Assembly: GCA_049852185.1 (NCBI GenBank)
Contig: CP187540.1
Direction: 5' to 3' (one strand)
DNA length: 64,000 nt
Source of the DNA: Methanocaldococcus sp. 28A
Lineage (GTDB): Archaea > AGJL01 > Methanococci > Methanococcales > Methanocaldococcaceae
Shown: positions 20,875-30,107 of the stretch, in pieces
How the letters are laid out: each line of letters begins with the position of its first letter
Position numbering within the stretch: the first letter of the stretch is position 1
Translations under genes and position numbers: made by a program
Notes under the pieces: model-generated
What the model was told of the DNA's origin: nothing
Database searches by the model: none
What the model saw: only the letters and a program-made list of their open reading frames with translations

Positions 20875-21648
20875 ATGCTAATCTTGGCTGGATTAGGACT
20901 TTATGACGAAAACGATATGACATTAAAGACATTAAAATATGCTAAGAAAGTAGATAAAATTTACGCTGAATTTTATACTGCAGTTTTAACTGGAACTACA
21001 ATAGAAAAGATAAAAGAGGTCTTAGGCAAAAAGATACATGTTTTAAGTAGGAAAGAGGTTGAATATGAAGGATATAAATTGATAGAAGAAGCAAAGGATA
21101 AAGATATAATGTTTTTAACAGCTGGCGACCCTATGGTTGCTACTACTCATGTAGATTTAGCAATAGAAGCTAAAAAGAAAGGGATTGAAGTTTTAATAAT
21201 AAATGCTCCATCAATTTATTCAGCTGTTGGAATTACAGGATTACAATTATATAAATTTGGTAGAACTACTTCAATTGTGTTTCCAGAGAAAAATTACTTC
21301 CCAGAAACTCCTTATAATGTAATAAAAGAAAATTTAGAGAGAGGATTACATACCCTCTGCTTATTAGATATTAGAGTTGATGAAAATGAAAAGAGGTTTA
21401 TGACGGCAAATGAAGGATTAAAAATACTGTTAGAGCTTGAAAATAGAAAAAAAGAAAATGTTATATCTGAAGACACAAAAGCTGTTGTTGTAGCAAGAGC
21501 TGGAAGTTTAAAACCAAAACTTGTTTATGGAAAGATAAAAGATTTAATTAATTATGATTTTGGTGAGCCATTGCATTGTATAATAATTCCAGGAAAACTT
21601 CATTTCATGGAAGAAGATGCGTTAAAATATCTATGTGAAAATATTTAA
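20875..21648 (+). CDS. dph5: Diphthine synthase
   Basis: GLGLYD, EFYT, GDPMVATTH, GLQLYKFGRTTSI, GLHTLCLLDI. Confidence 0.95.
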   Translation: MLILAGLGLYDENDMTLKTLKYAKKVDKIYAEFYTAVLTGTTIEKIKEVLGKKIHVLSRKEVEYEGYKLIEEAKDKDIMFLTAGDPMVATTHVDLAIEAKKKGIEVLIINAPSIYSAVGITGLQLYKFGRTTSIVFPEKNYFPETPYNVIKENLERGLHTLCLLDIRVDENEKRFMTANEGLKILLELENRKKENVISEDTKAVVVARAGSLKPKLVYGKIKDLINYDFGEPLHCIIIPGKLHFMEEDALKYLCENI

Positions 21649-21655
21649 AAATTTT

Positions 21656-22708
21656 TTATGTTGTTGAACTTTCAGCGTCATTATATAGTTCATCTCCAAC
21701 ATCAACCTCTCCCTCAAACCCTCTACTATCTTTCAAAGTTTCTATTCTGAACATATATGATTTATACCAAATATCTTCTGGTTTTTTCTTTATTGGAGCT
21801 AATTCCCATGCTCTTGTTTCTTCTTCATAACCCCAATTTACATAGTGGTTGAAATTTCTTATTATATCAGTTATAACCACATTGAAGTCATTTATTAATG
21901 TTCTTTGAATCTCTCTCCATTTATCTAAAGAGCTTTCTCTTCTTGTAATTCCAAAGTAACCAGCTCTTCGTTCTCCTTTTAATGCTGATATTCCTCTCCC
22001 TATAAATGTTTTTATTGCATAGACGGTCTCTGGTGGGTCAGTTATAAAAGTATCAAATGCTTTACTGTATTTTTCTGGTAAGGGTTTTCTTAAATCTAAG
22101 GTTATAACTTCAATATTTTTGTAATTTAATTGTTCAGCAACTTTTTTTATGAAATTAATTAATCTATCGTCAATATCTACAACAACTATTTTTCTTGGTA
22201 AGTTTGAGAGCATTAAGGCAATGCTTGTTAAGTCATCATCACCCAAAACTAAAATATCCTTATTGAACAAATCTCCTCTTGAATTCATTAAAGCAATTCT
22301 TGATATTGTGCATTCTGGTGTAACGAAACCTTGGTCATATTCATGCTTTGGCATAGGTCTGTCTTTAACAATCTCTTTAAATTTTTTTAGCAAATCTTGA
22401 TAATTCTTTAAAGAAACACCTCTTCCTGCACAGTACTCACAAACGCTATCATCTTTTTTACCAATTCCATAGGATTTTATAAATTCATACCCTTTCTCAG
22501 TAAATTCTATTCCATTACCTATTTTTATTAACCCCTCCTCCTCCAAAACTCTTATAATATCAGCAACTAAAGGTAATGGCTCTTCACTCAAATCAACAAT
22601 TTTCCAAAAATCGTTAGTTGTTAAAATAGCAGATAAAACACTCTCAACTGACTTGTCGTATACTGGAATCTCTGATTTTGTTCTAATCTTCTCTAAGATT
22701 CTATCCAT
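21656..22708 (-). CDS. bpsA: N4-bis(aminopropyl)spermidine synthase (branched-chain polyamine synthase)
   Basis: EYDQGFVTPE, LGDDDLTS, TDPPET, FIGRG, YVNWGY, WYKS. Confidence 0.9.
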   Translation of the reverse strand: MDRILEKIRTKSEIPVYDKSVESVLSAILTTNDFWKIVDLSEEPLPLVADIIRVLEEEGLIKIGNGIEFTEKGYEFIKSYGIGKKDDSVCEYCAGRGVSLKNYQDLLKKFKEIVKDRPMPKHEYDQGFVTPECTISRIALMNSRGDLFNKDILVLGDDDLTSIALMLSNLPRKIVVVDIDDRLINFIKKVAEQLNYKNIEVITLDLRKPLPEKYSKAFDTFITDPPETVYAIKTFIGRGISALKGERRAGYFGITRRESSLDKWREIQRTLINDFNVVITDIIRNFNHYVNWGYEEETRAWELAPIKKKPEDIWYKSYMFRIETLKDSRGFEGEVDVGDELYNDAESSTT

Positions 22709-22735
22709 TATTTCACCTCTTTTAAGTGTTTCCCT

Positions 22736-22878
22736 AACCATAGGGGCTACGCCCCTATTGGGATACCCCGATGCATTATCTCGCTTCGCTCGATAATGCC
22801 TCTTAATGTGGAAAAAATTAAAATGGCATGCTTATGGGGGAGTATCCCAATAGAGGGGGCTACGCCCCCTCTATGGTT
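22736..22878. repeat. GC-rich multi-hairpin palindromic repeat
   Basis: Hairpins ATAGGGGC-TAC-GCCCCTAT, GCATTATC..GATAATGC and TAGAGGGGGC-TAC-GCCCCCTCTA; long-range pair ATTGGGATAC/GTATCCCAAT; termini AACCATAG/CTATGGTT. Confidence 0.85.
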
Positions 22879-23359
22879 TTAAGTATTTTCTATAGCAAGC
22901 TCCCTGCCCTATTCCTTCGTTGATAGAAACCTCTATCCAATTTATATTTGAAAAACCGAGATTTTTTAATCTATCAGCTATTTCATTAGCAAAATATACT
23001 GCCAAATCTTCAGAAGTTGTTGATGGAATAGGCAAAAGTATAACATCCTCAACAGGAATACTGTATTCTTTATTCTCATATTTAAAGTATAAGGTTTTGT
23101 CCATTAACTCATAATAAACCTTTTCATGATTTTTTGGAAGTATTAATTTATGGTCTAATTTATTACAAATCTCTTTTACAATCTTTTTAATTATTTTGAA
23201 GTCACAGACAAATTTAAACTCTCCAACTCTATCTCCATAGAGTTTTACGTCCACATAATAAGAATGTCCATGTATTACTCCACAAGTTGGATGTCCAAAT
23301 ACAATATGAGCTGAAGAAAACCTTAAACCTGCATGCAATCCATTTAACTCTAACATCAT
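22871..23359 (-). CDS. queD: 6-carboxy-5,6,7,8-tetrahydropterin synthase (QueD/PTPS family)
   Basis: FSSAH, CGVIHGHSY, DF, LDHK, TTSEDLA, E..G. Confidence 0.88.
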   Translation of the reverse strand: MMLELNGLHAGLRFSSAHIVFGHPTCGVIHGHSYYVDVKLYGDRVGEFKFVCDFKIIKKIVKEICNKLDHKLILPKNHEKVYYELMDKTLYFKYENKEYSIPVEDVILLPIPSTTSEDLAVYFANEIADRLKNLGFSNINWIEVSINEGIGQGACYRKYLKP

Positions 23360-23850
23360 ACCTTTACACCTTTTTTTAGTTTTAAATAATTAACTAATCC
23401 TCCAGCATTTAAAATATCTCTTTCTAAACCTTTTGGTGTTTCACATTTTATTGTTTTGTTTTTATTAATTATTTTAATCTCTTCTCTATCTAAATCAATC
23501 TCAATTATATCTCCATCTTCAATTTCATCAGTATTAGCAATAATAGGAATTAATCCAACATTTATGGCATTTCTATAAAATATTCTTGCAAAACTTTTAG
23601 CTATAACTGCTTTAATTCCACTGTATTTTATTGCTATTACTGCTTGTTCTCTACTTGAACCGCATCCAAAGTTTTCTCCTGCAACTATTATATCCCCCTC
23701 TTTAACTTTTTTTGGGAAATTTTTATCAATCCCAGCCATACAATGTGAAGCTAATTCATAAGGGTCTGTAGTTCTCAAATAAGGTCCTGGGATTATTGCA
23801 TCTGTATCTATATCATCTCCAAATTTATGAACACTTCCTTTAATAATCAT
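23356..23850 (-). CDS. aksE: Homoaconitase small subunit (LeuD family)
   Basis: DTDAIIPGPYLRT (YLRT loop of HacB/AksE), ENFGCGSSREQA, SFARIFYRNA. Confidence 0.85.
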   Translation of the reverse strand: MIIKGSVHKFGDDIDTDAIIPGPYLRTTDPYELASHCMAGIDKNFPKKVKEGDIIVAGENFGCGSSREQAVIAIKYSGIKAVIAKSFARIFYRNAINVGLIPIIANTDEIEDGDIIEIDLDREEIKIINKNKTIKCETPKGLERDILNAGGLVNYLKLKKGVKV

Positions 23851-23877
23851 ATCCTACCACCAAAAAATGTTGATTTT

Positions 23878-23956
23878 ATAGGATTTTTGTAGAAATAAAT
23901 TTTCTATTAATGGTGTTAAAGTTTCAAAGTGCATATATAAATAGAAAAAGTTCTAT
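23878..23956. repeat. Degenerate family-B element
   Basis: ATAGGATTTTTGTAG ... AAAAGTTCTAT. Confidence 0.45.
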
Positions 23957-24102
23957 TTAATTTTAAATTTAACTTAACAAAAATAGAAATAAAAATTTTA
24001 ATATACAATATATAGATTTTATAGATTTATTTTATTATAAAAACTTTTTATAAAAACTTTATAACTTTGAGTCCAAACTCGATATGAATATGAGGGAATA
24101 TA

Positions 24103-25152
24103 ATGAACACCTTTGTAGAAGTTCAAAAATTATATAAAGAATATTATAGCTTTGCAATAAGAAACAACATTATTGAAGTTCCAGATTGTATAGAGTATAG
24201 GGAATTTGGTTATGGATATTTAAATAAGGTTGATAACAGAAATCTATCCTTTAAAAATGAAAGAGAATACAAAAACTGGATTTTAAAAAATGCTCCTTTT
24301 CATTTATATAAATCTTTGGCTTATATGAAATATCCTAATAAGTCTGGTGGAGCGTCTAATAAAGGAATATTTAAGAGAGAATTGGCATTTGATATCGATG
24401 TGCATAAAACAAAAAAATGTAATCATGATGAAGATTGGATTTGCAAACACTGCTTAGAGGAAGCAAAAAATCAAGCTATTTACTTGATTGAAGAATTTTT
24501 AATTCCTGACTTTGGTTTAAATGAAGAAGATTTAAAGATTGTGTTTAGTGGAAATAGGGGTTATCACATCTATATAAAACCAAAGGATGAAAATATTAGG
24601 AATATCATTGAAAATTATTCTAAAGAGGACAGAAGGTTTTTAATGGGCTACATATTAGGAGAAAATCTAAATTTAAATTCAGTTGGTAGTGGTTGGAGAA
24701 GAAGATTAACAAAGGTGATTAAAGAAAAAGATAAAAGAATATCAACAAAAAAACTTGAAAAGGAAAAAAATTGGAAAAAAATTATTGATAATTTAAAGAG
24801 CAAAAACAAAATTTATAATATTATAGAAGAAACTAAAAATAAACTTGAATTGGATGAAAAAGTTATGGATGATGATATAAGGCTTTTGAGGGTTATAAAT
24901 TCTCTACATGGTTATACTGGATTTATTGTTAAGCCATTAAGTAGTTTAAATGAATTAAAGAAATTCAATCCATTAGAAGATGCTGTATTTAAAAATTTTG
25001 AAAATAAATTGTATGAAGTTAATATATATGACAATAGAAAATTCGAAATTGAAATATGCGGAAAAAAATACAACAATAATAGTAAAAAAATTACTGGCTC
25101 AGCTTTGCTATATTTATTTGGGCATAATATTAAATTTGAAATATTAAATTAA
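24103..25152 (+). CDS. priS: DNA primase catalytic (small) subunit
   Basis: YREFG, ELAFDID, C..H..WIC..C, VFSGNRGYH, DIRLLR..SLHG.TG. Confidence 0.95.
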   Translation: MNTFVEVQKLYKEYYSFAIRNNIIEVPDCIEYREFGYGYLNKVDNRNLSFKNEREYKNWILKNAPFHLYKSLAYMKYPNKSGGASNKGIFKRELAFDIDVHKTKKCNHDEDWICKHCLEEAKNQAIYLIEEFLIPDFGLNEEDLKIVFSGNRGYHIYIKPKDENIRNIIENYSKEDRRFLMGYILGENLNLNSVGSGWRRRLTKVIKEKDKRISTKKLEKEKNWKKIIDNLKSKNKIYNIIEETKNKLELDEKVMDDDIRLLRVINSLHGYTGFIVKPLSSLNELKKFNPLEDAVFKNFENKLYEVNIYDNRKFEIEICGKKYNNNSKKITGSALLYLFGHNIKFEILN

Positions 25153-25811
25153 TCCAATTTTATAACTTCTATTCCATTAACTAATATTTTCCCAGCTTTT
25201 GTTTTCTTTCCTTCTTTCTCTACAAACAATCTTATTTTCCCAGCCCTACAAAAGTGTTGAACTCTCAAACCAATATCTACTAAAGATTTATTATTAAACT
25301 CTCTTCCAATAAATTCTTTTAATGTTTCAGAAGTCGAACCACATGGAGCCTCTCTTAAAATATCAATTTTTTCAATTTTGTTATTTTTAACGTATAATTT
25401 CACTTTTGGTTTTCCAAAATATTTTAAAAATTCTTTTAATTGAGGATAATTATCCAAATAATCTTTTAGTTCATCTTCATCAATATAACACATTAAATAT
25501 GGGCAGAAAGCATTTCCTATTCTTTCAATTTGTTTTTTAAATCCTTCTCCTTTCCAAGCTCCAACAAGAACAAAAGCTTTATTGTTGAGCTCTTTTATTT
25601 TTCTAACGAGCTCGTAGGTTAAATCTGGATTTAGAGTGTAAGTTATAAATAAATCATAATTTTTTAATTTTTCGGCAGTATCTTCACTTATTGTTATTTC
25701 ATCAAAATCTCCATAATAATTAACAATTATAAAATCACATGGAAATTTTGATTTAATTATTTTATAAGCTCTCTCTCCATAAGTTCCATCGGTTAAAATA
25801 GCAACCTTCAC
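25149..25811 (-). CDS. DUF166-like conserved archaeal protein
   Basis: G.YGER, PDLT, FGKP, REAPCGST, QHFCRA. Confidence 0.75.
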   Translation of the reverse strand: MKVAILTDGTYGERAYKIIKSKFPCDFIIVNYYGDFDEITISEDTAEKLKNYDLFITYTLNPDLTYELVRKIKELNNKAFVLVGAWKGEGFKKQIERIGNAFCPYLMCYIDEDELKDYLDNYPQLKEFLKYFGKPKVKLYVKNNKIEKIDILREAPCGSTSETLKEFIGREFNNKSLVDIGLRVQHFCRAGKIRLFVEKEGKKTKAGKILVNGIEVIKLD

Positions 25812-25860
25812 ACTTCCACCATATATTTAAATTAATAAATATACTATACAAAAATAAAAA

Positions 25861-25936
25861 TGGTAGCCCGGCGCGGATTCGAACCGCGGTCCCGGGGTCC
25901 AAAGCCCCGGATGATAGGCCACTACACCACCGGGCT
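25861..25936 (-). tRNA. tRNA-Gln (anticodon TTG)
   Basis: Cloverleaf AGCCCGG...CGGGG CT TTG GA CCCCG...GTTCGAATC...CCGGGCT ACCA. Confidence 0.97.
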
Positions 25937-26020
25937 ACATCAAACGTAAGCAATTTAGTAAATACTAAGAAGAGGTATATATACTTTTCGGCGTAATGTT
26001 TATATATTAGAGGTTGTAAT

Positions 26021-26136
26021 TTATAGTTGTGTGCAAAATGAAATAAACTTTAAAAAGGAAATTTTGAATGCCTTCCTTATGGAAGGTAGTCTTTAATACC
26101 TTATTTTAATTAAGATAGTTTTGCACACAACTATAA
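26021..26136. mobile_element. MITE-like element, family A, between divergent tRNAs
   Basis: TTATAGTTGTGTGCAAAA ... TTTTGCACACAACTATAA. Confidence 0.87.
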
Positions 26137-26148
26137 CTATGCTAAGGT

Positions 26149-26225
26149 GCCTCGGTAGCTCAGCCTGGCGGAGCGCCTGCTTGGTAAGCAGGAGGTCGCG
26201 GGTTCAAACCCCGCCCGAGGCTCCA
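26149..26225 (+). tRNA. tRNA-Thr (anticodon GGT)
   Basis: GCCTCGG TAGCTCAG...CCTGC TT GGT AA GCAGG...GGTTCAAACCC...CCGAGGC TCCA. Confidence 0.97.
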
Positions 26226-26268
26226 TTTTTTATTTTAGAAGTAAATATTTACTAATTTGAATATAAAA

Positions 26269-27000
26269 TTATTTTGTATCATTAGAAGATTCTTCTTTTT
26301 CATTTTCTTTGATTATTCCAATTGATTTCAAAATATCTTTTAAAAATTCTATAGTTCCTATCTTTCCTTCTCTACTTCTAACTTCATAAACCTTCAAAGG
26401 ATTAATTGCTCTATATATATCATGTTCAGAAACTCCCAAATCTCTACTTCTTGCCTGACAAACTCTTATAGCAACATCGTTAATCTTTGAATCAGCCTCA
26501 TCAGCATAATGTACTATATAGGCCTCTAATGAGTTTGGTCTTGTTGGAGAATGTTCTCCATGGTGAGAGGCTACTATTTTAATAACTTCAATTGGAAAAT
26601 CTCTTTTGTAGAGTTCAGCAACTGCTAATGTTAGATGGTCTAAATTGAACATATCATAGTGGTCAAAAGTGCCATCTTCTTTTCTTATATAGTTATATGG
26701 TTTCATTATATCATGCAATAGAGCTCCAGCAATTATGTAATCCCTATTAACCTTAACACCATAAACCTCTTCTAAAACATCAGCCATCTTTAAAGCCATC
26801 TTTGTTACTGATACTGTATGCTCTATCAAGCCCCCCTCATATCTATGATGCCAATTTATACTTGCGGGAGCTTCTTCAACACTAATACCTGTATCCACAA
26901 TACCTGAGTGTGTTGCCTTAGGATTTTTCAAAAATTCAATAACCTTATTTCTTAGCTCTTCATCCTTTATTAGCTCTGCAAGTTTTATTAATCTCTCCAT
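26269..27000 (-). CDS. mptB: HD-domain phosphodiesterase, probably dihydroneopterin 2',3'-cyclic phosphate phosphodiesterase
   Basis: APAS..WHH.YEGGLIEH, LLHDIMK, SHHG, VHYAD..DS; start MERLIK with GGTGA RBS. Confidence 0.78.
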   Translation of the reverse strand: MERLIKLAELIKDEELRNKVIEFLKNPKATHSGIVDTGISVEEAPASINWHHRYEGGLIEHTVSVTKMALKMADVLEEVYGVKVNRDYIIAGALLHDIMKPYNYIRKEDGTFDHYDMFNLDHLTLAVAELYKRDFPIEVIKIVASHHGEHSPTRPNSLEAYIVHYADEADSKINDVAIRVCQARSRDLGVSEHDIYRAINPLKVYEVRSREGKIGTIEFLKDILKSIGIIKENEKEESSNDTK

Positions 27001-27078
27001 TAAAATCACCACATAAACTTTTAAATACATATAAAAGTCAAAGTATAGAATAATATTTAAGCTATTTAAAGGTGTTGT

Positions 27079-27441
27079 GTGATGATTGAACTTGCTAAAA
27101 ATCATCTAAAAAAAGTTATAGAGGTTTGTGGAGCTAACAGACATTGTGAATACTATCCCTGCCATTTTGATGGACAGGTGTGTTTGTGGTGTTACTGCCC
27201 TTTTTATCCATGTGAAGATGAAGAATTGGGAGAGTATATTGAAAGAAAAGATGGAACAAAAATTTGGAGTTGTATGAGGTGTTCTTGGATACATAGAGTA
27301 GATGTTACTACTGAAATACTAAAAGAAATTTTAAATTTAACGAAAGATAAAAGCATAGATGAAGCTCTAAAAATCTTAGATAACCTTGAGGTGATGTTAA
27401 AAATAAAAGAGAAAGTTAAATCTAAATATCCGAATAGGTGA
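27079..27441 (+). CDS. Cysteine-rich small domain protein
   Basis: CEYYPCH..QVCLWCYCPFYPC...WSCMRCSWIH. Confidence 0.85.
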   Translation: MMIELAKNHLKKVIEVCGANRHCEYYPCHFDGQVCLWCYCPFYPCEDEELGEYIERKDGTKIWSCMRCSWIHRVDVTTEILKEILNLTKDKSIDEALKILDNLEVMLKIKEKVKSKYPNR

Positions 27442-27445
27442 AATT

Positions 27446-28462
27446 GTGGATGTATTGAATATAGTTTACATTATTAATTTTATATTACTTATTTTAGCGT
27501 CAATCACTGATATTAAAGAAAGAATTATTCCCCATAAGTATATAATCGCCATGATTATAATAAATTTGATTGTTGGGTATTATTATTTTGGAATTAACGC
27601 AATTATCGCATTTTTCTCTACGTTAATGTTATGTTTAATACTAAGTATTGGAATGGGAGGAGGAGATGTTAAGCTATTTACAGCTTTAGCCCCTATTTTT
27701 GCATACCCTAACTCTCTTGTATTTTATATCCCAAAATATATCCTCTACCTAATAGCAGTTAGCATGTTTATTGCTGCAGTTTTTCCAATGTTTAAAATTT
27801 TAACAAGATATTGGAAAGATATTTTACCTTCAGCTTGTTATTTAACTATGATTCTTGGGATATTATATTACTTTATAAATATCTATAAAATTCCATATGC
27901 ATCAATAATAATATGGGCCTACATTATTTTTTCCATATTTATCTCACGAAAAATACCTAAATATAACGAATATACGAAAAAATTGGGCTATTTGTTTCCA
28001 ATATATCTACTACTCCTTTACATATTTAATCCAACATACTTTATTAAGTATAATGTGTTAGTCTCATCAATAATATATCTTTGCGAAATAATACTAATAT
28101 CTATTGTTATTTATGCCCTTACAGGTGTAGAAATTTCAGATAAAAAGCATGTTGAAGAGTTAAAGGAAGGAGACATTTTAAGAGATGTGATAATTATAGA
28201 TAACGATAAAGTTGAAGTGAAAAACTTAAATATAATAAAAAGAATAAAATTTCTGTTAGAACAAGAGATTAAAAAAGATAAAAAAGAAGTAATAATAACT
28301 GATGGAGAAGGGTTGTCCAATGAAGATATCCAAAAAATAAAAAAACTATATAGAGAAGGAAAAGTTCCAGAGAAACTGAACATTATAAAAACTTATCCAT
28401 TTGTTCCATTTGTTGCTATAAGCTATATAATTATCCTTGCATTATTAAAAATTAAAATTTAA
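27446..28462 (+). CDS. eppA: A24 prepilin peptidase, EppA-type
   Basis: SITDIKERIIP and GMGGGDVKL catalytic Asp motifs; extra TM block; C-terminal PFVPF. Confidence 0.85.
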   Translation: MDVLNIVYIINFILLILASITDIKERIIPHKYIIAMIIINLIVGYYYFGINAIIAFFSTLMLCLILSIGMGGGDVKLFTALAPIFAYPNSLVFYIPKYILYLIAVSMFIAAVFPMFKILTRYWKDILPSACYLTMILGILYYFINIYKIPYASIIIWAYIIFSIFISRKIPKYNEYTKKLGYLFPIYLLLLYIFNPTYFIKYNVLVSSIIYLCEIILISIVIYALTGVEISDKKHVEELKEGDILRDVIIIDNDKVEVKNLNIIKRIKFLLEQEIKKDKKEVIITDGEGLSNEDIQKIKKLYREGKVPEKLNIIKTYPFVPFVAISYIIILALLKIKI

Positions 28463-28490
28463 AATTTCAAAATTATGTAGTGTGAGTACT

Positions 28491-28883
28491 ATGATAAGTA
28501 AGTTAACAAAATCAAAAAAAGCTCAAGTATCTCTTGAATTCTCAATTTTGTTTCTTTTTATATTATTAATATCACTCATAACTATAAGTTATTTTTTATT
28601 ACAAAACTTCTCGAAAGATGATTTAGTTATAGATTCAGTAGATAGTGCTGCAAAAACTTCAGTTTTGTTAATAAATTCAGGATATAATGGAATTCATTCT
28701 AATACTACATTAATCTATGTAGGAATTTCATGGTCAGATGATAAAAAGAGCATATATATCTACATAAGTCCAGATAATGTAACAAGCGAAATAAAAAATT
28801 TTATTAAAAGCTATATTTACAACACTACAAAGATAAATCAAAGTGTGTATAATATATCTATAATAACTATAAATCCAACCTAA
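28491..28883 (+). CDS. Class III signal peptide pilin-like protein
   Basis: KKA/QVSLEF followed by a hydrophobic helix. Confidence 0.85.
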   Translation: MISKLTKSKKAQVSLEFSILFLFILLISLITISYFLLQNFSKDDLVIDSVDSAAKTSVLLINSGYNGIHSNTTLIYVGISWSDDKKSIYIYISPDNVTSEIKNFIKSYIYNTTKINQSVYNISIITINPT

Positions 28884-28919
28884 ATAATATAGTTTAATAA
28901 TAAAAATTAAGGTGGTTAG

Positions 28920-30107
28920 ATGGTAGATATATCAAAAATAAGAACTTTAAAAGAAAAAAGTAAAGGAAGACGACCAAAATCTAATTTGAAAACAATTATT
29001 ATTATAATAGTTACTATTTCTGCTGTAGCACTTTTGATATTAACTGTTCCATCAATTATTGAAACTTTTAAACAAGAGAAAATATTAGCCATGCAAAATT
29101 TTGAAAAAACAAAAAGTGATGCTATAAAACAAATAAATATAATGTTTTCTAAGTATCCATCAGACCCTATGAAAAATATATTTATAGCAAAAATATATGC
29201 AGCAAATAATGAAGAAGAAATAAGTAAGGTTATTAATGAAGCCAGTTATTATATAAAACTTAAAGAGTATAAGGAGACTATTATAAATTATATTAAAAAT
29301 TATTATGGAAAATTCTATAACATGAGTACTTTAGCCCAAGAAACTGTTTTTAAAATACAGTCAGCTAATACTATTGGGGAAGTAAATAAAATCTATAACG
29401 AATATATACAACTTCGTGACTCTGATTTAGAATCTATAAAATCACAATATAAAGCAAAACTGCTACAGGATATATATAACATTATAGAAACTGGTAACAT
29501 TTTTTATTTAAAATCTGAGAAACAATTTATTACAAAAGAACAGTTACTAAATATCCTTAAAACAGCTGATATTAATGAGTTAGAAAATATAAAGAATAAT
29601 TTAGAAACCCCTTCGGAATTATGTAAAGTTTCGTTAGTAGTATCTCCAAATCAATTACCAGACTTACCTAAAAAAGGTGAAATTCTAAATATATACAACA
29701 AGAATGGGTCATTAATCACATCTACATTAGTAGATAGAGTGTATGTAATTGTAAAAAACGTACAATATTCTGAAAGTAAAAGTGTAGAGAGTAGTGTATC
29801 AATGTATGGTAGTACTATAAAAAAATCTGCAAATTCTAATATACAATATAATATAAATGATATCCCAGGAATATTACACGCTACTGTAATAGGTAGATTA
29901 GATTATAATAAAATAGAACAGATGTTTGAAGACTACGGTTATAGATTAAATGAATTAGAACAAAAAACTCAAATACTAGATACTAATAATGTAAAATATT
30001 TATTAGTGCTTTATGTTCCACAGGATACAGTAAATGACTTAGCAAAACAAAAACCTGAAAATTTATATATTTCTGTAATTATAGGTGGAGATTATGAGAA
30101 CTCTTAA
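28920..30107 (+). CDS. Pilus-locus membrane-anchored protein (DUF515-like)
   Basis: Basic N-terminus, single TM segment, helical region, IPGILHATVIGRLD motif; inside the eppA locus. Confidence 0.7.
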   Translation: MVDISKIRTLKEKSKGRRPKSNLKTIIIIIVTISAVALLILTVPSIIETFKQEKILAMQNFEKTKSDAIKQINIMFSKYPSDPMKNIFIAKIYAANNEEEISKVINEASYYIKLKEYKETIINYIKNYYGKFYNMSTLAQETVFKIQSANTIGEVNKIYNEYIQLRDSDLESIKSQYKAKLLQDIYNIIETGNIFYLKSEKQFITKEQLLNILKTADINELENIKNNLETPSELCKVSLVVSPNQLPDLPKKGEILNIYNKNGSLITSTLVDRVYVIVKNVQYSESKSVESSVSMYGSTIKKSANSNIQYNINDIPGILHATVIGRLDYNKIEQMFEDYGYRLNELEQKTQILDTNNVKYLLVLYVPQDTVNDLAKQKPENLYISVIIGGDYENS

